Shown: positions 46,795-55,297 of the stretch, in pieces | How positions within the stretch are numbered: the first letter of the stretch is position 1 | How the letters are laid out: each line of letters begins with the position of its first letter | Assembly: GCA_003151625.1 (NCBI GenBank) | Contig: PLYC01000013.1 | Coordinates: 93,210 to 157,209, forward strand | Direction of reading: 5' to 3' | From: Candidatus Doudnabacteria bacterium | GTDB lineage: Bacteria; Patescibacteriota; Doudnabacteria; UBA920 | Length of the DNA: 64,000 nt | The notes under the pieces: model-generated | The model's database searches: none | What the model saw: only the letters and a program-made list of their open reading frames with translations | What the model was told of the DNA's origin: nothing | Program-made: the position numbers and the translations under genes

Positions 46795-48501
46795 ATGGAC
46801 CACACCTTATTTTACCAGCTCACGGGCGTGCTTTTAATAGCCGGGCTCATTGCCGTCTTAATTAGCGTCCTTAAGCAGCCCAGCGTGCTGGCGTTTATTT
46901 TAACCGGCATTTTGGTCGGTTATTTTGGGTCTACGCAGCTCCACGCGACTGCGGTTTTTTCGGATTTGGGCGAGATTGGCATTACCCTATTGCTTTTTAT
47001 GGTCGGTTTGGAACTAGATGTGGGCAGGTTAAAAGAGCTTGGAAAGGTAGTGGTTGTTACCGCTATTGGACAAATTTTAGGCAGCAGTATTTTGGGATTT
47101 GTCTTTGCCCGACTGTTTGGTTTTAACTTTCAGGCCTCGGTATTCATTGCCGTGGCTCTGACTTTTACTTCTACCATCATTGCCGTAAAGCTTTTAAGCG
47201 AAAAAGGCCAGCTGCAAAGCCTGCACGGCCGGATTGCCGTGGGTTGCAGCATTGTCCAGGATTTTGCCGCGCTGGTCCTTTTGATGTTTTTGGGCAGCTC
47301 AACCAATTCTTCAATAATCCCCTCTGCTTTGCCCGGTTGGCAGCTGGCGGTGATTACGCTGGTTCGGGCTTTAATTTTGTTTTTGCTGCTGCTTGTTGCC
47401 AGCAAAAAAGTTTTGCCCTGGGTTTTAAAATTTTTGAGCAAAAACGGCGAACTGCTTTTGTCGTTTTCTTTGGCCTGGGCTTTGGGTATGGCGGCTTTTG
47501 CCTCTTTGCCCCTGGTGGGTTTTAATTTTGAAATTGGCGGATTTTTAGCCGGCCTGGCTTTGGCCAATTCCCAGGTGCACTGGGAAATCGCGGCGAAGGT
47601 TAAATCTATCCGCGACTTTTTTATTATTATCTTTTTTATAGTTTTTGGTTCTCAGCTGGCTTTTGGCAACGTTTGGGCGCATTGGCCGCAAGTGGCGGCT
47701 TTTTCCGTTTTTATGCTGGTTGTAAATCCTTTTTTGGTTTTGCTCTTGCTTACGAGGCAGGGCTACAAATCCAAAACGGCTTTTTTGGCCGGCAGCGTGG
47801 TGGTTCCTATGTCGGAGTTTAGTTTTATTTTGGCGGCTTTGGGCAGCCGCAGCGGGCAAATTACCCAGGAGGTCGCCAGCTTAATTACTTTGGTCGGGCT
47901 AATAAGCATTGCCTGTTCTTCTTACATAATTATCCATGCCGAAAGACTGTATGTTTTATGGAAACCGGTTTTAAAATATTTTGAACCAAAAAATGGTCTG
48001 GCCGAAATTGCTTCGGACACGGTTTTAAAAAATCACGTAATTTTGGTGGGCGCCCACCGCTTGGGCAGGCATTTAATAGCCACACTGGAAAAATCCAAAA
48101 AGGCATTGGTAATAGTAGATATTAACCCCGATGTCACGGCCGAGTACGCGGCCACGGGCTTAACCGTGGTCTGTGGGGATATTACTGAAGGTTACATTCA
48201 GGACCAGGTAAATTTGGCCGAAGCCAAAGTGATTATTTCCACTGTTCCGGATTTCCAGGATAATCTTTCTTTGCTGGAAGCTGTAAAAATAAAAACAGCC
48301 AACCGCAGAAGCAAGCCCAAACTTATTTTTGCCGCCCAAACCGAAGCCGAGGCCAAAAAACTCTACGAGCAGGAAATAGATTACGCCCTATCCCCTCACT
48401 TTATTAGCGGCCTGCATCTGGCGAAAATCCTGCGCGGCACGGATAATTTTAAGGAACTGAAAACCCTGCGCGAACAACATTTGAAGGTTATAAGGGCCTA
48501 G
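46795..48501 (+). CDS. Kef-type cation:proton antiporter with TrkA-N domain
   Basis: LLFMVGLE, QD, SEF; about 13 TM segments; GAHRLG NAD-binding domain. Confidence 0.9.
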   Translation: MDHTLFYQLTGVLLIAGLIAVLISVLKQPSVLAFILTGILVGYFGSTQLHATAVFSDLGEIGITLLLFMVGLELDVGRLKELGKVVVVTAIGQILGSSILGFVFARLFGFNFQASVFIAVALTFTSTIIAVKLLSEKGQLQSLHGRIAVGCSIVQDFAALVLLMFLGSSTNSSIIPSALPGWQLAVITLVRALILFLLLLVASKKVLPWVLKFLSKNGELLLSFSLAWALGMAAFASLPLVGFNFEIGGFLAGLALANSQVHWEIAAKVKSIRDFFIIIFFIVFGSQLAFGNVWAHWPQVAAFSVFMLVVNPFLVLLLLTRQGYKSKTAFLAGSVVVPMSEFSFILAALGSRSGQITQEVASLITLVGLISIACSSYIIIHAERLYVLWKPVLKYFEPKNGLAEIASDTVLKNHVILVGAHRLGRHLIATLEKSKKALVIVDINPDVTAEYAATGLTVVCGDITEGYIQDQVNLAEAKVIISTVPDFQDNLSLLEAVKIKTANRRSKPKLIFAAQTEAEAKKLYEQEIDYALSPHFISGLHLAKILRGTDNFKELKTLREQHLKVIRA

Positions 48502-48517
48502 TTACTAAGATTTTTTT

Positions 48518-48553
48518 GTAACCATTTTAACGTGGCCACGCTAAAATGGTTAC
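48518..48553. repeat. 36-bp palindrome (1 mismatch) upstream of the PaaX/Cas2-like gene
   Basis: gtaaccattttaacgtgg|ccacgctaaaatggttac. Confidence 0.85.
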
Positions 48554-48562
48554 GCATAGTTT

Positions 48563-49081
48563 ATGCCAAGAAGCATAAAACTTAAAATCACCGAAGCAAT
48601 GCTCAAAGCAGTTTGGGACGCTTTTTCTAATTTTGGTGATCATTCGGAATACATTCAAGATAAATATGATTGTTCAAGCCAGTACTATCGCAATTCTCTT
48701 TCCCGATTAAAGAAGCGAGGGCTAATTAAAGTTGTCTCCAAACAAGGAAAAAAATTTATTGAATTGACCAAAAATGGCGAGCTAAAAGTTTTGTTAAGTA
48801 TGGCTGAACTTGAAAAAACCGACGCTTGGGATGGCAAGTGGAGGCTAATAATTTTTGATATTCCTGAAGACGCAGATATTCAAAGAGACAAGTTAAGAAA
48901 ACTTTTAAAACAGCACCAGTTTTTTAAATTGCAAGCGAGCGTTTACATTAATCCTTATCCTTTGAATCGTCAGGCTCTTGATTACTTGAGACAAAGTGGC
49001 TTAATTGATTATATACGGATTTTGCGTGTCGACGACATAGATTTTGACTTGGATTTAAAAAGAAAATTTAAACTAAAATAA
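48563..49081 (+). CDS. PaaX-like protein (wHTH + Cas2-like ferredoxin domain)
   Basis: SLSRLKKRGLI, LT..G, WDGKWRLIIFDIPE, RD.LR..L, LQASVYI. Confidence 0.85.
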   Translation: MPRSIKLKITEAMLKAVWDAFSNFGDHSEYIQDKYDCSSQYYRNSLSRLKKRGLIKVVSKQGKKFIELTKNGELKVLLSMAELEKTDAWDGKWRLIIFDIPEDADIQRDKLRKLLKQHQFFKLQASVYINPYPLNRQALDYLRQSGLIDYIRILRVDDIDFDLDLKRKFKLK

Positions 49082-49119
49082 TGTAACCACTTTGACGTGG
49101 CCACGTCAAAGTGGTTACA
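49082..49119. repeat. Perfect 38-bp palindrome directly after the PaaX/Cas2-like stop codon
   Basis: tgtaaccactttgacgtgg|ccacgtcaaagtggttaca. Confidence 0.9.
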
Positions 49120-49161
49120 GATAAAATTGACCTTACCATTAATTTTCTTTAAACTAACCCT

Positions 49162-50577
49162 ATGCTTAAGCTTTATAATACTCTATCAAGAAAAATCGAA
49201 GAGGTTCCGCAAAAGGACCATATTAACCTCTATACCTGCGGGCCGACGGTTTATAATTACGCGCATATTGGGAATTTGCGGAGTTATATAATGGCGGATT
49301 TGCTTTATCGTACTTTAAAATACGATGGTTATAAGCCAAAGTGGGTAATGAATATTACGGATATAGACGATAAAACCATTAAGGGGGCAATCACAAAGTT
49401 TGGTAATAAGGCGACCGTGGAAAACCTGCGCGAGTTTACCCAATTTTATTTGGATGAATTTTTAAAGGATTTGAGCGAGGTGAATGTGGTCTCATCGGAA
49501 GATTATCAGATATATCAGCCGGGGCAAGCATTGGATTTTTCAAAGAAACTGATTTTTATTCGCGTAACCGATGTCATAAAAGAAACCCAGGATTTTATCG
49601 TGGAGTTAATAAATAAAGGCTACGCCTACAAAGCCGACGATGGCAGCACTTATTTTAGCATTGAAAAATACCAAAAAGGTTTTGATGATTACGGCGCATT
49701 AGTTGGTGAGAAGTTTATAGAAGGGAAAAAAGTCGGTGCGCGCGTGGCCGTGGATGAGTATGAAAAAGATAACTTGAGCGATTTTGCACTGTGGAAGGCG
49801 TGGGATGAGGCATCGGATGCCCAAATTTTTTGGGATCATTCGACTTTAGGCAAAGGCCGCCCGGGTTGGCACATTGAATGTTCCGTAATAAATAAAATCG
49901 GATTTAACGGCGAACCCACGGACATCCATACTGGCGGTGTTGATTTAATATTCCCCCACCACACCAACGAAATTGCCCAATCACAGGCGTTATTTGGCAA
50001 AGGCAATTTTGTGCACCATTGGTTCCATTCCGAGCACTTGCTTGTTGACGGCAAAAAAATGTCTAAGAGTGCTGGGAATTTTTACGTTTTGAAAGATTTA
50101 AAACCCATAAATAGTTATCATTTGGATAAATATCAGCCCTACGCTTTACGATATTTATTTTTACAAGCGCACTATAGGGTTCAACAGAATTTTACTCAGA
50201 AATCATTAGATGCTTCACACAATGGTTTGCTAGGGTTAATAGTTTCAGCTCATAAGGATGGAGTTATTTCCGATTTAAGATTAGTCGGGCTTGATAATGA
50301 TTTAAACTCGCCTTTAGCTATCTCCGAAAATAAACCCTCGGAGATTTTAGAAGCCTTGATTGGAATTTCTGTTAAATCTATGATTGACCCTAACAGATTA
50401 GTATCAGATGATGAGTTGTCAGCTGACATCAAGAGTTTAAAAAAAGAACGAGAAACAGCTAAAAATCAAAAAGACTTCAAAAAATCTGACGAATTGCGAA
50501 AGCAAATAGAAGATTTGGGGTACGAGGTTATGGACACTCCGGAAGGGCAGAAAGTTAAGAAAAAGCTGCAAATTTAG
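49162..50577 (+). CDS. cysS: Cysteine--tRNA ligase
   Basis: CGPTVY..AHIGN, GRPGWHIECS, FPHH.NE, KMSKS. Confidence 0.97.
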   Translation: MLKLYNTLSRKIEEVPQKDHINLYTCGPTVYNYAHIGNLRSYIMADLLYRTLKYDGYKPKWVMNITDIDDKTIKGAITKFGNKATVENLREFTQFYLDEFLKDLSEVNVVSSEDYQIYQPGQALDFSKKLIFIRVTDVIKETQDFIVELINKGYAYKADDGSTYFSIEKYQKGFDDYGALVGEKFIEGKKVGARVAVDEYEKDNLSDFALWKAWDEASDAQIFWDHSTLGKGRPGWHIECSVINKIGFNGEPTDIHTGGVDLIFPHHTNEIAQSQALFGKGNFVHHWFHSEHLLVDGKKMSKSAGNFYVLKDLKPINSYHLDKYQPYALRYLFLQAHYRVQQNFTQKSLDASHNGLLGLIVSAHKDGVISDLRLVGLDNDLNSPLAISENKPSEILEALIGISVKSMIDPNRLVSDDELSADIKSLKKERETAKNQKDFKKSDELRKQIEDLGYEVMDTPEGQKVKKKLQI

Positions 50578-50729
50578 GTATACACCTGTATTCCCCACCA
50601 TACCCACAAATAGGCCAAAATAGGCCTATTTTTGGTCTTTCCAGGAGGCTTGAAAGTGAGTATAATAAATAATAGAAGTCATCAAATAACGATTGGCCTT
50701 TGAGGCCGATAAATCGGCACACTACACTT

Positions 50730-52121
50730 ATGTCAGACAACTCATCTATCCAACGAATCCCGCCCCAAAACCTGGACGCAGAAATGTCGGTTTTGGGATG
50801 TTTAATGCTGGACAAAGACGCGATTATAAAGATTGGCGATATTGTTAGCGCAGACCATTTTTACGACGAAAAAAATAAAATAATTTTTGAGGCGGTTTTG
50901 GCTTTGTACGCCACCAATACATCCGTGGATATTTTAACAGTTACCAACTGGCTGGAAGAAAAAAAACTTCTTGAAAAAGTCGGCGGCAGTTCCTATTTAA
51001 CCCAGCTGGTTAACGCGGTGCCCAGCGCCGCGCACGTTACCCACTACGCCTACATTGTCCGAAAAAAGGGCACGCTTCGTAAATTAATTACGGCTGCCGG
51101 AGAAATCAGCAATATCGCTTTTAAGGAAGAAGGCGAAATGGAAGATATTTTGGACGTGGCCGAGCAAAAACTTTTTAATATTTCCCAAAAACATTTAAAA
51201 CAGAATTTTGTTTCTATTGGGAACATTCTACACGCCACCTTTGAAAGAATAGATGAACTGCATCGGGAGAAAGGAAAGTTAAGGGGCCTGCCAACAGGTT
51301 ATGTGGATTTGGATAATTTGCTCGGCGGACTGCAGAAATCGGATTTGGTGGTTTTGGCCGCACGTCCCTCCATGGGCAAAACTTCCCTGGCTTTAGACAT
51401 AATGAGGAATGTTGCCGTAAACGCCAAAGTACCGGTCGGAATTTTTTCCCTGGAAATGAGCAAGGATCAGTTGGTGGACCGTTTGCTTTCCAGCCAGAGC
51501 GATGTTAACTTGTGGAAAATCCGCACCGGACATTTGAACGAGGACGACTTTGACCAAATTGGCAAAGCTATGGGCGAACTTTCCGAGTCCCCTATTTTTA
51601 TAGACGACGCGGCCGGCAGCAACATTATGGAAATTCGTACCAAAGCCCGTCGGCTGCAGTCCGAGCATGGTGTGGGGTTAATTGTGGTAGACTATTTGCA
51701 ATTAATGGAAGGCCGCAACCAGGAAAATCGCGTACAGGAAGTTTCCGAAATTTCCCGCGCTTTAAAATTGTTGGCTCGCGAGCTGAACGTGCCGGTGCTG
51801 GCTTTGTCCCAGCTGTCCCGCGGCGTGGAAAGCCGGCCGGATAAAATCCCCCAGCTAGCCGATTTAAGAGAATCGGGATCTATTGAACAGGATGCGGACG
51901 TGGTTATGTTCATTTACCGTGAGGAAATGTATAAAGGTAAAGATAGCAAGCGCCCTCACATTGCGGAAATCCACATTAAAAAGCACCGTAACGGCCCGAC
52001 CGGACAGGTGGATTTGTATTTTGACCAGGAAAAAACTTCCTTTAAGAATTTGGACCGTAGTTTTGACGTTTCACCGCAGACGGTAATGGACAGTATGGTT
52101 CCGGCGGAAGAACCGGTGTAG
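50730..52121 (+). CDS. dnaB: Replicative DNA helicase
   Basis: PPQNLDAE, AARPSMGKT, DYLQL, DLRESGSIEQDAD; start ATG 50730. Confidence 0.98.
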   Translation: MSDNSSIQRIPPQNLDAEMSVLGCLMLDKDAIIKIGDIVSADHFYDEKNKIIFEAVLALYATNTSVDILTVTNWLEEKKLLEKVGGSSYLTQLVNAVPSAAHVTHYAYIVRKKGTLRKLITAAGEISNIAFKEEGEMEDILDVAEQKLFNISQKHLKQNFVSIGNILHATFERIDELHREKGKLRGLPTGYVDLDNLLGGLQKSDLVVLAARPSMGKTSLALDIMRNVAVNAKVPVGIFSLEMSKDQLVDRLLSSQSDVNLWKIRTGHLNEDDFDQIGKAMGELSESPIFIDDAAGSNIMEIRTKARRLQSEHGVGLIVVDYLQLMEGRNQENRVQEVSEISRALKLLARELNVPVLALSQLSRGVESRPDKIPQLADLRESGSIEQDADVVMFIYREEMYKGKDSKRPHIAEIHIKKHRNGPTGQVDLYFDQEKTSFKNLDRSFDVSPQTVMDSMVPAEEPV

Positions 52122-52242
52122 TCAGGTTTTAAGTTATTAGTTATGGAAGCCGGTGTGGTAGTAAGTGGTTGGTTGTAAGTAATCTAAAACTTTTTACTTA
52201 TAACCAAACTGGCTTCTATAACTTATAACCAATTACTATTTC

Positions 52243-52854
52243 ATGACAAAATTACCTACCAGCCTGCAAAAACTAATAAACGAGCTCGGAAGCTTGCCTG
52301 GCATTGGGCCAAAGACAGCGCAGCGGTTGGCTTTTTATCTGCTTAAGGAAGACAATATAGATTTAAACAATTTGTCCGATTCAATTTCCAGAGTTAAGGA
52401 AGGGATTGTTTTTTGTTCCACTTGCCATAATATGGGCGAAAGCGACCCTTGCCACACCTGTACCGACTCTAAGCGCGACAAAAGCCTTATATGCGTGGTG
52501 GAAGAGCCGCTAGACGCGCAAGCTATTGATAAGAGCGGACAGTTTAATGGAGTCTTTCACGTTTTGGGCGGCGTGCTTAACCCTTTGGAAGGAATTGGGC
52601 CGGAGAATTTGGAAGTTGAATCGTTGATCGAAAGAACCAAGAATCAAGATCCAAGAATCAAAGAAATTATAATCGCGACAAACCCATCGCTTGAAGGTGA
52701 GACAACCGCGATGCATTTGTCAAAAGTTATAAAACAATCAAACACCAAAATAAAAATTACCCGCATTGCTCGCGGCCTGCCCATGGGCGGAGACTTGGAG
52801 TACGCGGATGATATTACGCTGATGAGGGCGATGGAAGGGCGGAGGGAATATTAA
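52243..52854 (+). CDS. recR: Recombination protein RecR
   Basis: LPGIGPKTAQRL, C4 zinc finger, ATNPSLEGE, GGDLEYAD. Confidence 0.97.
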   Translation: MTKLPTSLQKLINELGSLPGIGPKTAQRLAFYLLKEDNIDLNNLSDSISRVKEGIVFCSTCHNMGESDPCHTCTDSKRDKSLICVVEEPLDAQAIDKSGQFNGVFHVLGGVLNPLEGIGPENLEVESLIERTKNQDPRIKEIIIATNPSLEGETTAMHLSKVIKQSNTKIKITRIARGLPMGGDLEYADDITLMRAMEGRREY

Positions 52855-52855
52855 T

Positions 52856-53488
52856 ATGCAACCAGAAAATTTTTTGGAAAAAGAAAGGCAAGAAGTAAAT
52901 TTTCGTCATCCCGAAACGGTTGTGGAGATTGGAGCTACTGATAATATATTAGATGCCTACTATCTCAGGAATTGGTCAGACTTTGACAAAAATAAGGACG
53001 TTTACGTGGCATTAAATATTATAAATCATCAGGGTTCGTTAAATGGGATTAACTATCAGCTTTCTGATAAAAATATAAAAGGGGCTGCTATACAAGCTGA
53101 TGCTGCGAATATGCCTTTTGGAGATAAAAGTGTTGATAAGTTAGTATTAAATGACGTGCTAAATTCATTCAGATTGCCAAATGCTGACCCAGACATAGAA
53201 AAGCTATTTGTAAATGACGGTATCCATCCTACTTTTGCCGATTCTGATGAGATGTTGGCGGCTATGCGACAAATTTTTAATGATTGCAAAAGGATTGTGA
53301 AAGAAAATGGCGAAATTCTCATAGTTATGGACTTGCCGGATGCCAGTGACGGGATGGTCGATTATTTTATCGAAGGTTTAAAAACCTCGGAATCATATGA
53401 AATTATAAAACAACCAAAATTGAATATTGAACCAGACGGAAAACAAACTAACTCCGAAGTTATCACTATAAAATTTAAACTGCCCTAA
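52856..53488 (+). CDS. Methyltransferase-fold hypothetical protein
   Basis: VVEIGA, ADAANMPFGDKSVD, RIVKENG. Confidence 0.6.
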   Translation: MQPENFLEKERQEVNFRHPETVVEIGATDNILDAYYLRNWSDFDKNKDVYVALNIINHQGSLNGINYQLSDKNIKGAAIQADAANMPFGDKSVDKLVLNDVLNSFRLPNADPDIEKLFVNDGIHPTFADSDEMLAAMRQIFNDCKRIVKENGEILIVMDLPDASDGMVDYFIEGLKTSESYEIIKQPKLNIEPDGKQTNSEVITIKFKLP

Positions 53489-53527
53489 GCCTAAGAGCGG
53501 GGTTTTTTTTATCAGCGTTAATTCAAT

Positions 53528-53577
53528 ATTTTAAATGGCACGATTTTAACGGCCGTTAAAATCGTGCCATTTAAAAT
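53528..53577. repeat. Perfect 50-bp palindrome
   Basis: attttaaatggcacgattttaacgg|ccgttaaaatcgtgccatttaaaat. Confidence 0.88.
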
Positions 53578-53607
53578 GAATCAATCATAGCAAATTAAAT
53601 TAAAAAG

Positions 53608-53649
53608 TGTGTAACCACTTTGGCGTGGCCACGCCAAAGTGGTTACACA
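53608..53649. repeat. Perfect 42-bp solo copy of the PaaX/Cas2-like palindrome
   Basis: tgtgtaaccactttggcgtgg|ccacgccaaagtggttacaca. Confidence 0.9.
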
Positions 53650-53742
53650 GTAAAATAGTTCCAAACATCAAAAAGACTGCAGGTTAGGGCAGTCTTTTTT
53701 TAGCGATATATCAGCGTATTAATCAGCAATTTATCAGCGGTT

Positions 53743-53796
53743 CTATGCTTTTGTAATTTCTACTTCGATGTAAAATTGCCTTGCGCCGATTTTTCT
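53743..53796 (-). pseudogene. Diverged duplicate of the rplU 3' end
   Basis: RKIGARQFYIEVEITKA* vs L21 RKIGARQAYTEIEIVKA*. Confidence 0.8.
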
Positions 53797-53845
53797 TCCG
53801 CCTTCGCTAAAGCTTCGGCGGATTTTATCGGTTTCTGATTATTTT

Positions 53846-54139
53846 CTAAGCCTTGACGATTTCGATTTCGGTATAGGCTTGCCGGGCTCCTATCTTACGG
53901 CGGTATTTGCTTTTGGCTTTATATTTTAGAACGTGGACTTTGGCTCCCCTGCCCTGCTTTATAACTTTGGCGGTCACTGCCGCGCCGGGGACATACGGCT
54001 TACCGACTTTGCCGTCCGCGTATAAAACTTTATCAAAAGTTAATGTGGCTCCGGCTTCGCCTTCGAGTTTTTCTACCTGGACTTTGTCGCCGGAAGAAAC
54101 CAAATATTGTTTTCCGCCTGATTCGAAAATTGATAGCAT
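53846..54139 (-). CDS. rplU: 50S ribosomal protein L21
   Basis: SGGKQYLV, GKPYV.GA.V, KYKAK..YRRKIG.RQ. Confidence 0.96.
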   Translation of the reverse strand: MLSIFESGGKQYLVSSGDKVQVEKLEGEAGATLTFDKVLYADGKVGKPYVPGAAVTAKVIKQGRGAKVHVLKYKAKSKYRRKIGARQAYTEIEIVKA

Positions 54140-54169
54140 TAGATTAAAGATTTAGGATTAAAGATTTAG

Positions 54170-55297
54170 TTACTTGGATATTTTACCAGCTTTTTCGTTA
54201 TCCGTCAACTCCGCGTAATCAAACAAATCCGGGATGTGGGGATGTTTCCGCTTGTAGAGAATAACCACCATAATGGCCATAATCAGCATTACAAACACCA
54301 AAACTACCAGCGCTATCAATTTGCCCATACTTTGCAAAGATACCGCTACAGCGCCAAAAATCGCGGAAATTGCGTACAGCGCCAAGACAGCCTGGCGCTG
54401 GCTTAATCCAACATCCAAAAGCCTAAAGTGCAAATGTTGGCGGTCTCCGGCAAAAGGGCTTCGGTGGTAGAAAATTCTTCTGGCAATTGCCCAGGCAACG
54501 TCGAGAATTGGGATGCCCATAACCAACAACGCCGTGGCAATTTTGGCGCCTAAAATTATTGCCAGTACGCCGAGTATAAAGCCGATTAACGTGCTGCCCG
54601 ATTCGCCCAAAAAAATTGAAGCCGGATTAAAATTATAAAATAAAAATCCTAAAAGGCAGCCGGCAAAAATTATCGCGATGCTGGCTGTAATCGGCTGGTT
54701 AACTTTGGAGGTTAAGGATAGGGCGAACATTGTCAGCGAACCAATAAGGCCAATCCCCCCGCATAATCCGTCCAATCCGTCCAAAAGTTTGGTGGTAAAA
54801 ATCATTCCCATCATCCAGAGCCAGACCAAAATTACAGGTAATTGAAAATTGAAAATTGAAAATTGAAAATTGTGATTTATGTTAATTGGGGAGCCAAAAG
54901 GATTACTAATTTGGGTAATGCCAACGCCAATCCCCGACCAAACTATAATTAAAGACGCAATAGCCGGGAATAGCCACAGGATTTTTGGCGGCAGATTAAG
55001 TTTGTCGTCCAAAATTCCTCCGATAATTAAAGTTAACCCGCCAAAAATAATTCCCACAAAAAATTTGACCGGCACGATGCTATAATCCGGATTTCCAAAT
55101 TGCAGGTAAGCAGTAAGTGCGATTAAAAAACTTAAATAAACCGCCAAACCACCGAGCAGAGGCGTTGGTTTGGGATGATTTTTTCTAGGTTGGCTCGGCA
55201 AATCCAAAACACGCCAGCGCCTGGCAAAAATAATAATGGCCGGAGTGATTGCCGCAGAAAGGGCGGCGGATACCAAAAAGAAAATTAGATATGTCAT
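54170..55297 (-). CDS. WecA/TagO-type polyprenyl-phosphate sugar-phosphotransferase (MraY family)
   Basis: P.PLLGGLA, GILDD, DGLDGL, NFNPASIFLG, D..HLHFRL. Confidence 0.9.
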   Translation of the reverse strand: MTYLIFFLVSAALSAAITPAIIIFARRWRVLDLPSQPRKNHPKPTPLLGGLAVYLSFLIALTAYLQFGNPDYSIVPVKFFVGIIFGGLTLIIGGILDDKLNLPPKILWLFPAIASLIIVWSGIGVGITQISNPFGSPININHNFQFSIFNFQLPVILVWLWMMGMIFTTKLLDGLDGLCGGIGLIGSLTMFALSLTSKVNQPITASIAIIFAGCLLGFLFYNFNPASIFLGESGSTLIGFILGVLAIILGAKIATALLVMGIPILDVAWAIARRIFYHRSPFAGDRQHLHFRLLDVGLSQRQAVLALYAISAIFGAVAVSLQSMGKLIALVVLVFVMLIMAIMVVILYKRKHPHIPDLFDYAELTDNEKAGKISK

